From the NCBI RefSeq assembly GCF_009834535.1, contig NC_045696.1:96412001-96476000 (forward strand): a stretch of DNA of 64,000 bases, given 5' to 3'. The position numbers and the translations under genes were made by a program. Shown here piece after piece: positions 38,307 to 50,020 of the stretch; within the stretch, counting starts at the first letter, position 1; each line of letters starts with the position of its first letter. Below the pieces are notes generated by a model that did not search any database, was not told the DNA's origin, and was given only the letters and a program-made list of their open reading frames with translations. The stretch is from Camelus ferus. Taxonomy: Eukaryota.

Positions 38307-38803
38307 CACACACACATACAATGTAATATATATAAAATATATATGTGTAATATATACACACACACACACAATGGAATATTACTCAGCCATAAAAAGAAAG
38401 AAATCTTGCCATTTGTGACAACGTGGATGGACCTGGAGGGTGTTATACTTAGTGAAATAAGTTACAAAGAGAAAGACAAATACTATGTTTTCAACTATAT
38501 GTGGAATCTAAAATGCAAAATGAACAAATAGAACAAAACAGAAACAGACTCACAGACACAGAAAACAAACTAGTGGTTACCAGAGGGGAGAGGAACGGGA
38601 GGCAAAATAGGTAAAAGGGATTAAGAGATACAAACTATCAGCTATAAAATACTTACAGGTGTGTAATGTACAGCACAGGGAACATAGTATTTCATAATAA
38701 CTTTGTATGGAGTATAATCTATAAAAAGACTGCATTACTATATTGTACACCTGAAACTAATACAATATTGAAAGTCAACTATACTTCAGTTTAAAAAAAA
38801 AAA
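37990..38803 (+). mobile_element. L1 3' end (ORF2 terminus and 3' UTR)
   Basis: ttggtgaggatgtggagaaaagggaacc...FVTTWMDLEGVILSEIS...actatacttcagtttaaaaaaaaaaa. Confidence 0.93.
38275..38370. repeat. (TG)n/(TA)n/(CA)n compound microsatellite within the L1
   Basis: Visible alternating purine-pyrimidine tract. Confidence 0.95.
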
Positions 38804-40407
38804 GCTCAAAGATGAAAAAATTCTGTTGGTACCTCACAAGAGCTAGTTCTTATATAACCGTGTGATGGTACTTGGCCTTAAGACTTGAACTCATTCATTG
38901 CCTTTTTATTTCACATTTCAATGGCCCTGATATCTCAGCCCCAATCTTTGACCTTTGGAAAGTAAAATACTTAAGCCAAGTCTGCTTAATAATCTAGGCT
39001 GAGCAAGTCACATGCTTATGGCTAATCTTTGGGTTACAGAATTATAATACCTTGATGTTGACAGTTTTGTGTTGAAGACAAAGTTATCTGATTACACACG
39101 TGGTTAGCTGACTTAAAATCTCTGCCAGTGAAAACATTCACCATATAATCTTCAAAGTTAGTTGCTTTGACAACAACAATTATTTCACCACAGCAAGGAC
39201 CAGAATGGCAGGCTCCTTCCTGAGGTGACATGAACAGTTTCAAAACAGAAACAGGGACAAAAAAAAAAAAAAAAGCAAGCAGGTACATAGCATTTGATTC
39301 ACTTCAAAAACGGATGCTTTATTAAGTCAATGGGATAGAATTAGAGCATAAATTAAAATCTCTTTTTTTTCAAAACATGAAAAAATAAAAGCTTATTTTT
39401 ATTTCTGAGCTATACCAGGGATTTCATAGAGCTAAAGGCGTCATTTTTAAAACACAAAACTCATTTAAATTAAACAATGGCAGATCTGCCTTCACGGAGC
39501 CGTGCAGCTAAACCCCTAGACTGGCTGCGGTGTGACACACTTTTATTACAGGTAGGCTAGCGCTGACTAATCGCTAACTGTACCTGGCAGACTAATTTAT
39601 GCAGGATTCGTATCTCGCTCCCTCTCTGCGTGATGTAACTGTGGCAAAGCCATTCTCCGGAGTTATTACCCCGACATAATCATACCCTGTGGATTCGGAG
39701 CCGTTAAATGGGTTCTGTTATCAGAGACACATATGCACCAAAGCAGCTGCCGCCCCTCAGCCACCGAGGGTGATTAAGACTCACTGATGGGGCCGCCTGC
39801 GATAGGCTGGAGTCAGGTAGATACAGCTCAACTGAGAGAAATTCAGGCGCAATACCGAGAAAATTGTATTTTAAACGGTTCTATCATATCATCAAGTCTC
39901 CTCCTTTTAAGTGCCAGGGTCATGGATTTCATTCTCCCTGACCACGTAGCCATCAGAAGCCCGCCTCGATACCTGGGTGTGAGATTAGGGGTGATATTAA
40001 AGGCAATGAATGCATCGAGCTTATGTCAGGGAATGTCTTTTACTGGATTTTCATCATGACTGGCTGCAGATGGGCTGAGCAGAGGGGAAAGTCAGATCAA
40101 GAGCATTTCTGTAAGAAGAAAGAAATCTCCCCCCTTAAGTCTCTTTAAAGAAAATGAATAGCTGAGCACGACTGGGCCAAATGCAACTTTTTTTCAATGT
40201 ATCTTTTATGTGAAGGACAAGTTGAGAAGAAAAACAGGATCTCTGAAGCTACCATCACGGCTTTAATCTCGGAAGAAGTGGCGGCCCCATGGCTGCCATC
40301 ATCATCAGAGGCCACTTCGTTCTGAGAGCTTCACAGATGGGGTCACCTGCATTTCGCATCTGGCCAGATGAAGACAAATAGGGTTGATGAGACCTCAACC
40401 ATTAGAT

Positions 40408-40585
40408 CAGCGGTCTGGAAACCTGGCTGTGCTTTAGCATCACCCGGGGAGCCTTGAAAACTCTTGATGCCAAGGCTCCGTCCCAGACGAACTGAGTCAG
40501 GACCTCTGGAGGTGGGGCCTGAGCACTGGCATGATTTTCAAACTCCCCGAGTGATTCTATGTGCTGCCAGGGTTGAGAACTACCG
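40408..40585. mobile_element. MER5A-type hAT MITE
   Basis: cagcggtctggaaacctggctg...tcacccggggagc...ggtggggcc...gtgattct...gggttgagaactaccg. Confidence 0.85.
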
Positions 40586-40871
40586 AGGTGGATGCTAGCC
40601 AAGGCAGGTGGAATCAGGTGAGGCCAAGAGTCAGATGCCCTCCTTGTTAGGGGTGGGAGAGGTCATCAGAAGGAAAGGGGAAGGGAGAAGTAGTATTTAG
40701 TATTGTTTCCACACAGCTGGGAGGTTTTCTGGTCAAACTCAAGCTGGAATGTTTGGCTTTCATGCCTTTAGCTGTGTATTTCTTGGAAGGGTCTCATACT
40801 TCATCCACACCCACCTGGCCTCAGATGGGATGAGAGATCTGATGGATGAGTTTGCAGAAAGAAACTGAGCA

Positions 40872-40973
40872 GTGAAGATGGAAATAGCTCAGTGGTAGAG
40901 CACGTGCTTGACATGCATGAGTGTCTGGGTTCAATCCCCAGTACTGCCATTAAAAAAAAAAAAAAAAAAAAAA
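40872..40973 (+). mobile_element. Short tRNA-derived SINE or tRNA retrocopy with poly(A)
   Basis: A box tagctcagtgg, B box ggttcaatcc, long A-tail; degenerate TSD agaaagaaactgagca (40856-40871) and agaaggaaagtgagca (40974-40989). Confidence 0.85.
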
Positions 40974-42083
40974 AGAAGGAAAGTGAGCAAACTTGGCTCC
41001 CAGCCCCAGAGGCTTCCTCTCTTTCTAAACCTGCCCACCAGTTACAGGAGTTCCCTTCTCACTTGGTCAGGGGGCCAGCCCTGCCCTGGATAGGGAGGTG
41101 CTCAGCTGTCCAGCCCTGCCTGTGACTGAGTGGGTGAGGCTGACGAATTCAGTGGACCTTGGTGAATGATCTAAACCACAGACTCCAACACTTTATCAGA
41201 AATAAAGCTAGTATTTCCACCTCTGTCTGCCCACCTCCTGTGGAAGAGCTCTGCTTCTTCTAAGGAGACTCTCAGGGGTCCTCTTTGGAGGTGTGCCATC
41301 AGCCCAAACATCATTTGAGACAAGCCAATACAGAGCAGGTGCAAGAAATTGCACAAAGGAAATAGAAACAGGAAGGGGAACAATACATCGGACACTGAGG
41401 AAAGTGTGTGACAGGTAGCAAGTAAATCATTAACTACAAATCCAAAGTTCCTGGATTATGTACAGCAATAGTCACCCACTTGGTCATGAAAAAAAACAAC
41501 TGAGCTACAAGATAGAAAGCTCACCTGAATTCCATGGAATCTAAGGACTCCTATGGGAGAATCTCAGGTCCCAACATGCAGATATGTGCTCTAACACCTG
41601 TGGGCCAAATAACTCCCACCCGCCCCCAGCCATCGACCCTGAGTTCTTAAGTCTCCCACTCTGGGTGGAAAGATAATTTTTCTGCTGTTCTCGTCATGTT
41701 AAAAAAATATTTAAGTGATTACATGAAAATTTACAAAGAGTTTCCACATAAAGAATCTCACAGTGTCTCTCAAAAGTTCTGACTTATTTCTATTACCACG
41801 CACATTTACAGATAAGGCAGCCAAGGTATCAGAGGCCCACACGAGCAGTAAATGGCAAAACCAGATTAATCCCAAACTTTCCTCATTCCAAAAGCTACGC
41901 TTTCCCCAACTTGCTGTGTTGTCTTTCAGTGAATGCCTGGCTATTCTCGCTTCCCACCAGCTCCCTGCCTTTCTTGCTTTGGTGGCGTGTGATAGTCTAA
42001 CCACCCAGTACTCTTGGTTAATGCCTAAATGCCTAGGTTTAGACTGGATTTACTGATTCTTGTTTTAAGAATTGTAGGATTAA

Positions 42084-42184
42084 GGGGGAGAGGTAGAGCA
42101 CATGCCTAGCATGCATGAGGTCCTGGGTTCATTCCCCAGTACCTCCATCAAAAATAAATAAATAAGCCTAATTACCCCCCCCCA
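42084..42184 (+). mobile_element. Vic-1-type SINE with A-box deletion
   Basis: Perfect 17-bp TSD aagaattgtaggattaa (42067-42083, 42185-42201); body and taaataagcctaattacccc tail. Confidence 0.92.
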
Positions 42185-42689
42185 AAGAATTGTAGGATTA
42201 AAAGATATGACAATTAGACCAGAATCAGTAATAGATAAAAAGTTTCAGGATAAAATATAACAGAAGAACTCAGGAGACAGAGATAAAATAAATTTTAAGG
42301 CAACTGAAATGAATGCCATGCATTTAGAAAGATCAAATAAAACATGGATTAATGGCAAGTAATAAAGGAACCTACTTAGCAGTTAGTAAAAACAAATACT
42401 TTTTAAATCTTATTCTTATTACCTTCCAATGATCTATTGAAAACCGTATGACTTGACATGTAAGACTCAAATTCTTTGTAAGTTAGAGTTTATGCATCCG
42501 CAGCTCAACACCCCCTCACCAAGAAAAAGATCATTGGTTGCTTATGTGCCCAAGCATTCTTCTAGACTCTGAGGACACAGTGGGAATGAGAGAGGGAACT
42601 TGTTCACAAACAACTAATAATCTAGAAGAAGTGTTTTTAAATAGCTGGCCATTTGTAAGAGCTGTACAGGCACACCAGTCAAGACGGGA

Positions 42690-43037
42690 AAGGTTACGTT
42701 TTAATAAGAAGTCCAAACATCATAGGTTTAAATCAGCAAAGATTGATTTCTTGCTCACAGTACATGTTCGTCAGAGATTAGCTGTAGGTCCATCCCAGGA
42801 CATAGCCACCATCTGGATTGTCACCAGCTGTGAAAGAGCTGTGGAGGCTCTCACACGGGCAACTAAATTCTCTGACCCGGAACAGACCCATGCCACTTCC
42901 ATTTATATTTTATTGGCCAAGGTTGTTACATAGCCACATATACCTTCCAAGGGGCCAAAATGTGCAATCCTATCGTGAGCTCCGAATGGCGAAGAACCAG
43001 AACTACGCACGGTGGGTTAGCACTAGTGACTACCACA
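42690..43037 (-). mobile_element. MaLR (MLT1-type) LTR
   Basis: gatttcttgctcacagtacatg...ttattggccaag...actagtgactaccaca. Confidence 0.6.
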
Positions 43038-43059
43038 ATGACTGATTTTTGTTCAGAAA

Positions 43060-44480
43060 GCTCCAAGAAGAATTACTCTCTGTCAGGGCAAGGCACAGGG
43101 AAATCAGAGGAAAGGAAGGATTAGAGTTAGCAATCACTAGATGGCATTGATGAAGCCATTCTGAGCAAAGGATCAACATGAGCAAATGTACGAGGAGCCT
43201 ACGGTGGCCAGAGTGCAAAGGATGCGTGAGAGGGAGGAGGAAGCCAGGACCAGGATGTGAGGACCTTTGTTTGCTGTATGGAGGCAGCTAATTTTATCTT
43301 TAGGCAATGGGATACCATTTAAGATGTTAAGCATGTATGTGTCAGCACAGAGATGGATTAGAAGAAGACTAATAGAGAGGCAGGGAGGATAGTCAGAAGG
43401 CTGACTTCTGACTCCAGTATTGGAGGTCCAGACCAAAGCACTGTCAGAGGGCTGGAAAGTGGGGAGGGGGGGGTATTTCCAAAATAAACAGATGAAACAA
43501 TCAACAGAACCTGGGGACAGAGGATGAACCTCAGATTTCTGCTGGATGGATGGTTGTGATAATTTACCAAGATATACAGAGGGGGAAAGTTTAGAGAGAA
43601 GATGAAATTCTTCTGGGTCATGTTTAATGAGGTTCACTTACAGGCCAGCAACTAGAGACACCATCAGTTCTGCAGATTTGGAGGTCATGAGTGAGGCCTG
43701 GGGTAGAGGTGGACAGGTGAGATTCGGCAGATTAGAAGTGGTAGTTGGAGCCACACCTGAAGATGAAGTTTCCCAGAGAGGGGAACTGAATGAGAAGGTA
43801 AACAAAGATGTGGCCTAGAAAACACCAATATTTATGGGTAGAGGAGGAGGGATTTCCAAAGGAGAATGAGAGGGGATGGCCAGTGAGCTGGAAGGAAACC
43901 AGCGTGGGGGGGGGGTACCATGGGGGAGCAACCTTCAACAAGGAAGTACCAGTCCACAGTCGTGACCACCACAGGGCTGTCCAATGAGAGACAACGAAAG
44001 TAGCCCTCTGAATCTTCCATCGTAAGGGCACAGGGGACCTTTGCCAAAGCAGTCTTGAGGGAATGGTGGGGAAGGGAGGTCCTTGTAGGAGCTGAGGAGG
44101 GAATGGAGAGGTGAGGACCCAGGGAAAGACTGAGGTCGGGGAGTAGCTAGAAGAGTCCTAAGGCCAGGCTAGGGGTGTTTACAACGGGGGGGGGGGTGGT
44201 TCTTGAGTATGATTCTATGCTGAGGGGACAGAGCAGGAGGGAGGAGGAGGCTGAAGACAGGAAGGAGAGGGAGGTAACTAATGGATTTAGAAAAGACCCT
44301 GTGAAGGTGAGAAAGGCCCAGAGCACAGGGAGGAAGCCAAGTCTTGAACAGGAGAAAAAAATTTTGTTTCACTAAGAAGGGAGGAAAGATTGGGCATGGA
44401 GCAAAAAGAAGGGTGGCACTAGGGGACAGAAAAGTTGCGGGAATCCCCCCGAAAGCCTGTTTTCTCTGTGAAGTGGAAGA
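43060..44480 (-). mobile_element. L2 LINE fragment
   Basis: Purine-rich L2 body, e.g. gagctgaaggaaaccag-like and cctcagatttctgctggatggatgg motifs. Confidence 0.7.
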
Positions 44481-45109
44481 GAGCGGTTCACTAGATATTT
44501 TCAAGTCTTTTGTAAACCAGGCACAAGAGACTAAGGGAAATGGAGCAGGGGTGTGACGGTGCTTCAGAGTGGGGGAGGTTTGGAATATCTGACAAGGGAC
44601 AGAGAGGGAAAGACTAGAAAAGGCTTTGCAGAAAAGCGGGGGGGGGGGGGCGCTACAGATCAGAAGCTCGGGAGAGTGGGGTCCAGAGGCAAGACACATC
44701 CCCCAAGGAGTGGAGCCTCCCACCAAATGATGGCAGGAGGGGGATTTTCCTACGGAGAGCACCCCTGTGCCTGCGTTTCCACTCAAGTCACTAACTCACA
44801 GCTTACTCAGCTCTGTTTCGTAACAGCAGATTGTAGTAACGAGGGGATGACAGCCTTTCTCCACGCGCTGAGAGTTATGCAATGTGGCTTTTCTTTTCCC
44901 CTCTCCCTCCTGTAACTTGGCTGCCTTCTGCTCTATTGGGAGAGTGAACTTGATGACTAGCCTCTTCTAGCTCTGTTTCTGACTCCAAGTCTTGTCAAAA
45001 GTCTCTGCTTTCTGGACTTCACAGAAAGGAAATAGAGCTTTGAACCAGGAGTTTAATACGTAAGTTACAAAATACAACTCACCAGCTCCAGGTTACCTTG
45101 TATCTTTAC

Positions 45110-45590
45110 GTATTTAGAGAGTATTCTTTTAGAACGCACTGCTCTGGCCCAAGTAATTCCTTTCCTGGGAATTCATCCAAAAAGGTTATTCCTGTTCATC
45201 ACACACCCCCATAATAAGAAAGAAAAAGGTACGGGCTTGAAATTTGTTCGTGGAAGCATTAGCTGTAATACTAAAATAATGGAAGGCAAACCTAATGGAC
45301 AGCAGTGCATCAGTTTGATGGAAAACCCATGTAGTTTTCTAAATGACATTTATAAAGACAACCTGTATGACGCGGGAAATGCTTATCTTCTGAGTAAAAA
45401 GAACAGAATGTGACCTCAAAAATTCATAACGATTATAGTAATATGTGAAATGTATATTAAGATAGACAAAAATTTGAAAGGAACAAAAAAAGGGAAGTCT
45501 TGCTTTTTATATTGGTGGGATTGTGGGTAAATCTGTACCTTAATTCCCATTTCACTGTTATAATGTTGTTCATTTGTAAGAAAGACCCTC
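45110..45590 (+). mobile_element. Ancient L1ME-type 3' fragment
   Basis: caagtaattcctttcctgggaattcatcc...gggaaatgcttat...ggtgggattgtgggtaa. Confidence 0.6.
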
Positions 45591-46309
45591 CATAAACAGT
45601 TGGACCTTTGGACAAACTGACAGAAACATGGAGAAAGCAAGTCCCTGCTCCCCCTCCCTCCTGCCCTGCTAACAAAAAAGAGCTGTTTCATGTTCAAGTT
45701 GGAGATGGATTCTTTCACAAATCCTAAACTTTAAACCTTGTTATTAAACAGCCATCAGTTTCCATCTCATATGTTGACAATCCCCGAAGTATGCTGGATT
45801 AAAATTTTTCTTTTAATAAAGAGATTTGAAATTCCATTCCAGTTGCCAACCAGGTCTTTCAACTTCTTAAAAAAAAAAAAATCCAAAAACCCACATGGGC
45901 TCCTATCATCCCTTTGGCAACTATTCTATCTCCATTGCCCCAAATTCCCTCCCTTCAGCTTCTATAACCACCAGCCCCAGAAACAGCTTATATCAAGGTC
46001 AACAGTGACTTTCTGACTCAAAGGACAAATTTCGGTTCTCAATCAGAAACTCCATCACACCTAATACTACCAACCCCCTTTCTTCCTCTCCTTGGGCCCT
46101 GGGGTCGCTAACTGGACTGTCCTCTCCCCTTCTTCCTTCCCTCCTCACCTATACAACACTAACTCCCTTCAGTATGCATCACTGGCTTCCACCAAGAAAC
46201 TCCAAATCTGCTAGCCACACAGGACTCCATCCCTGCATCCTACTCCAGGTAAAATGTACCCACCCAGCATACCCATGTCCACCAGCTACATCGTGCATTC
46301 TTCACAGCA

Positions 46310-46540
46310 TCAGTGACCCCCTAAGGAGGTGAAAATTGGTTCTTGGTGGCAAGAAAACCCTTACTCTTTGAAAAGTGTATATGTATACAAAGCACACATA
46401 TAAATACAATATAGACACCAATATACAATATATCAGTGGTATCAAAATTCCATGGGTGGAGGGTGGTTAGGAGGAATATCTAATAAGACTCCTGGGATGA
46501 AGTGCAACAGTGAAAAAAAAATTTTTTTGAGAAATACTGT
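46310..46540. mobile_element. MER112-like hAT MITE
   Basis: ggtgaaaattggttcttgg...aaaattccatggg...tttgagaaatactg. Confidence 0.55.
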
Positions 46541-46544
46541 TCTA

Positions 46545-48350
46545 CATTGTGCCAGCATTCTTAGATACTAGGAAAATAGCAGCGAATAAAACAGACCAAG
46601 GCACCTGCCCTCATGTTATGAGGGAAAAAAACAAACAAACAGATAAGTAAAAATGGACAATTTATAAGATGATGATAATTGCTATGGAGAAAAAGAAGAG
46701 AAAGGAAAGGGGTGGGGGAATTGAATAGGGGTGATTGGGCAGAAGTTTGCAAATCCAAGTAATAAAGGCTTCCCTGAGAAAGTGGTATTTAAATAAAGAC
46801 ATGGAAGTGAAGGAGCAAGCCATGGGGATCTCTAGGGGAATTTACAGGGAAAGGAAACAGTAAGTGCAAAGGCCCTGAGGTAGGAGTGTTCCTGGCACAT
46901 CTGAAGTGCAGTTAGGAAGCCAGTGGCTGGAGCACACTGTGCCAAACTGCACAAGGAAACAGGAAGAGATGAAGTCAGAGGAGTCCAGTCACATACAGCC
47001 TAGTAGGCCACTGTAATGACTCGGCACACTCTGGGTGAGATTGGAATCCACCAGAAGGGTTTCAACAGGGGACTGATAAAAACAAATCCTTTTTTTAATG
47101 TAACTAGTTGGGGTTTTTTATTTTTATTTTTGAAAGTAATTAATTTATGGATGTTTAGGGGGAGTGCTGGGGATTGAACCTAGGACCTTGTGCATGCTAA
47201 GCATCTGCTCTACCACTTGAGCTATATCCTCCCCCCCTAAACCAATTCATTTTTAAAAGATCCCACCAGCTGTTGCATTGAAAACAGACTGCAGGATGGG
47301 GGTGCGGAAGCAGGGAGACTGGTTAGGAAGCCCTCGCGGTCATCTGAGTGAGACGGTGGTGACGCGCAGCAGGTGCAGCAGCAGAGACGGGGAGACGGGG
47401 TTAGACTCTGAAGGTAGTGCCAGGAGCTTTTCCTGATGGGTTCAACATGAAATGTGAGAGTAAGAGAAGAATCAAGGATGAGGCCAAGGAAGAATGGAAC
47501 TGCCTGCAACCAAGAAGAAGGCGGCTAAAGAAAGCAAGGGTGTGGAAGAGAAGACCGCGGGTTTGGTCAGGGACACACTGAGATGCCTACTCAATATCCC
47601 AGTCAGGACGTTCAGTAAGTAATTGGAGGACACACAAGTGTGGGATGCAGGGAGAAGTCCAGGCTGGAAACATCTGCTCGAGAGTACTTCTAGTCAAAGC
47701 CATGATACTGCATAAAGCACTAGTGGGAGCGCATGAAGACGGAGAAGAGAAGAGGTGAGGATCAACCAACAAAGTGCATCAAGATGGTAACCAGTGAGGC
47801 AGCCAAGCCAGGCGAGGGCAGTGTCTAGAAGCCAGAAACCAGGTAAGATGAGGATAAAGGTTGACCATTGGGTTTGGCACCCAGAAGCTGCTTGACACTC
47901 TGGGAAACATAGTAATAGTGCAGTGGGTTCAAGAGAGAAAGTGGAGAAAGGACCGAGATGCTGAGAGTAGAGACAACTCCCTGAGAGACTTGGCTGTAAG
48001 GGAAAGAGAGAAAGGGTTTAACAGCTGGAGGAGGACTTAAGTGAGATTATTTTTTTAAAGATGAGAAAATGACAGCATGTTTGTGTGCTGATGGGCCTGA
48101 TCCAATAGAGGGGAACTGATTATGTGGTAGAGAGAGGATAGAATCCCTCAGCAGTGTCCTTGAGGAGGTGAGAGGGGGTGGCCTGTGAGCAGCGGTGGGA
48201 TTGGCGTCAGACAGGGGCGCACCACAGCACACCCGTGCCGAACACCTACCGCGCACTGGGTACTCCACACGCTGATGCCACTGGACCCTCACAGACGTGA
48301 GAGGGAAGTAGGATCAGTCTCAGTTTTCAGAAAAGAAAATCAAGGTTTAA
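46545..48350 (-). mobile_element. L2 LINE fragment (interrupted by a SINE)
   Basis: gtgcaaaggccctgaggtaggagtg, ccctgagaaagtggtattta, ttgaccattgggtttggca motifs. Confidence 0.8.
47098..47237 (-). mobile_element. Vic-1-type SINE
   Basis: gtgctggggattgaacctaggaccttgtgcatgctaagcatctgctctaccacttgagctatatcctccc. Confidence 0.88.
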
Positions 48351-48604
48351 GGACTTCACGGAATTAGAAAAGAAGCTAAAATACTAGCTTCTTTTGCCTA
48401 ATTTCAAATGCCTGATCCTTTCCCAGGCTGCCCCACGGGATACCCTCACTTTACAGAGAGAAAGAGGGACAGATCAGCCTGCTCAAGGCCCTGCAGAGGG
48501 CTGGAACCTGGGGGCCTGACTCTTGGACTCTTGGTCCCTGACTACTGCTCACACCTGGAGGACGCTGCTCACTCCAGCTCTTGTTCCTCCTACTCCTGGT
48601 TGTT

Positions 48605-49175
48605 TTTAGTGAGGTTTATTGAGGTATAACTACATGCAGTACAACTCACCCTTTTCAGGTGGACAGGTCTATGAATTTTGACTGTTGCCTAGAGGCATGT
48701 AAATACCACCACAATCAAGATTAGAACACTTTCATCACCCCCAAAATCTCCCTTGTGCCCCTCTGTGGTCAGTGTCCTCCCCCACCCCCAACCCTGGGCC
48801 ACCACTGATCTGTTTTCTGTCCTTATCACTGTGCTTTTTCCAGAATGTCACACATACAGAATCATACAATATGCAGCCTTTTGAATTCAGTTACTTTCAG
48901 TCAGCAAAATGCATTTCAGATCCATCCATGCTATTGTGTGCACCAACAGTCTGTTCCTTTGTATTGCAGAGTTGTATTTTATTTTATGGATGGTTTGTCC
49001 ATTTACCAGTTGATGGATATTTAAGGTGCTTCCAGTTTTTAGCAAATACAAGTAAAGCCACTGTAAACATACGCATACAGATTTTTGTATGGACGTATGT
49101 TTTTAATTCTATTAGGCAAATATCTAGGAATGGGATTGCTGGGTCATATATTAAGTCCATGGTCAGCTTTTTAAG
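48605..49175 (-). mobile_element. Old L1 3' end
   Basis: gtttattgaggtataac (AATAAA on minus strand) ... aatgggattgctgggtcatat. Confidence 0.88.
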
Positions 49176-50020
49176 TACAGAAACAATTGGATAGTCATGT
49201 GCTAAAAGAATTTAACCCTGGCCATATGTAAGAAATAACTCAAAATGGACCATAGACTTCAATGTAAACCTAAAACTAAAAAAATTCTGGAAGAAAAACA
49301 TAGGCGAAATTATTTGTGACCTTGCATTAGGGAAAGATTTCTTAGATTTGACATTCAAAACATGATACATAAAAGTAAAAAATTTGATAAATTGGAATTC
49401 ATAAACATAAGGACAGTTCTTCAAAAGGCACTGATAAGAGAATGAAAAGACAAGCCACAAACTCGGAGAAAATATTTGTGAATTACTTATCTGATAAAGG
49501 GCTCATATCCAGCATGCATAAAGAATTCTCAAAACTCAATAATAGTAGTAATGAACAATTCAATAAAAAAATGCACAAAAGATATGAGCAGACACTTTAC
49601 CAAAAAAGATGTATGGAAGGAGAATAAACTCACAAAAGGATGCTCAACATCATTAGTCACTTGGCAAATGCAAATTAAAACTACAAAATAAACTACACAT
49701 CTATGAAATGACTACAATTTTTAAAGATTGCCAAGTACCAGCAAGAATACAGAACAACTGAGACTCTCATACATTGCTGGTGGGAAGGTGAAATGGTACA
49801 GCCACTGCGGAAAACCCTTGGCAGTTTTTTATAAAGTCACACATACAGGAGCTGGGAGTGGAGGACAGGTTGTCTCCAAAGGGGAAAAAGGAAGTTTTAG
49901 GAGCTGTGGAACAGTTCTATATCTTGATTGTGGCAGTGGTTACGTGATCATAAGCATTTGTCAAAACGCACAGAACAGTACACCAAAAAAAGAGAAATAG
50001 TTACAGTGTTAATTTAAAAA
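49176..50020 (+). mobile_element. Old L1 ORF2 C-terminal fragment plus a short 3' end
   Basis: ORF 49442-49627 MKRQATNSEKIFVNYLSDKGLIS is typical of L1 ORF2; at about 49848 it jumps to terminal 3' UTR (gttctatatcttgattgtggcagtggttac). Confidence 0.88.

Noticed and set aside
40872..40950. Possible functional tRNA gene
   Set aside because: Acceptor stem disrupted, followed by poly(A) rather than a T-run terminator, and flanked by a TSD; treated as a retrocopy.
44169..44786. Longest ORF in the track (205 aa, minus strand)
   Set aside because: Lies largely in L2-derived low-complexity sequence, crosses poly-G runs and has no recognisable domain; consistent with chance.
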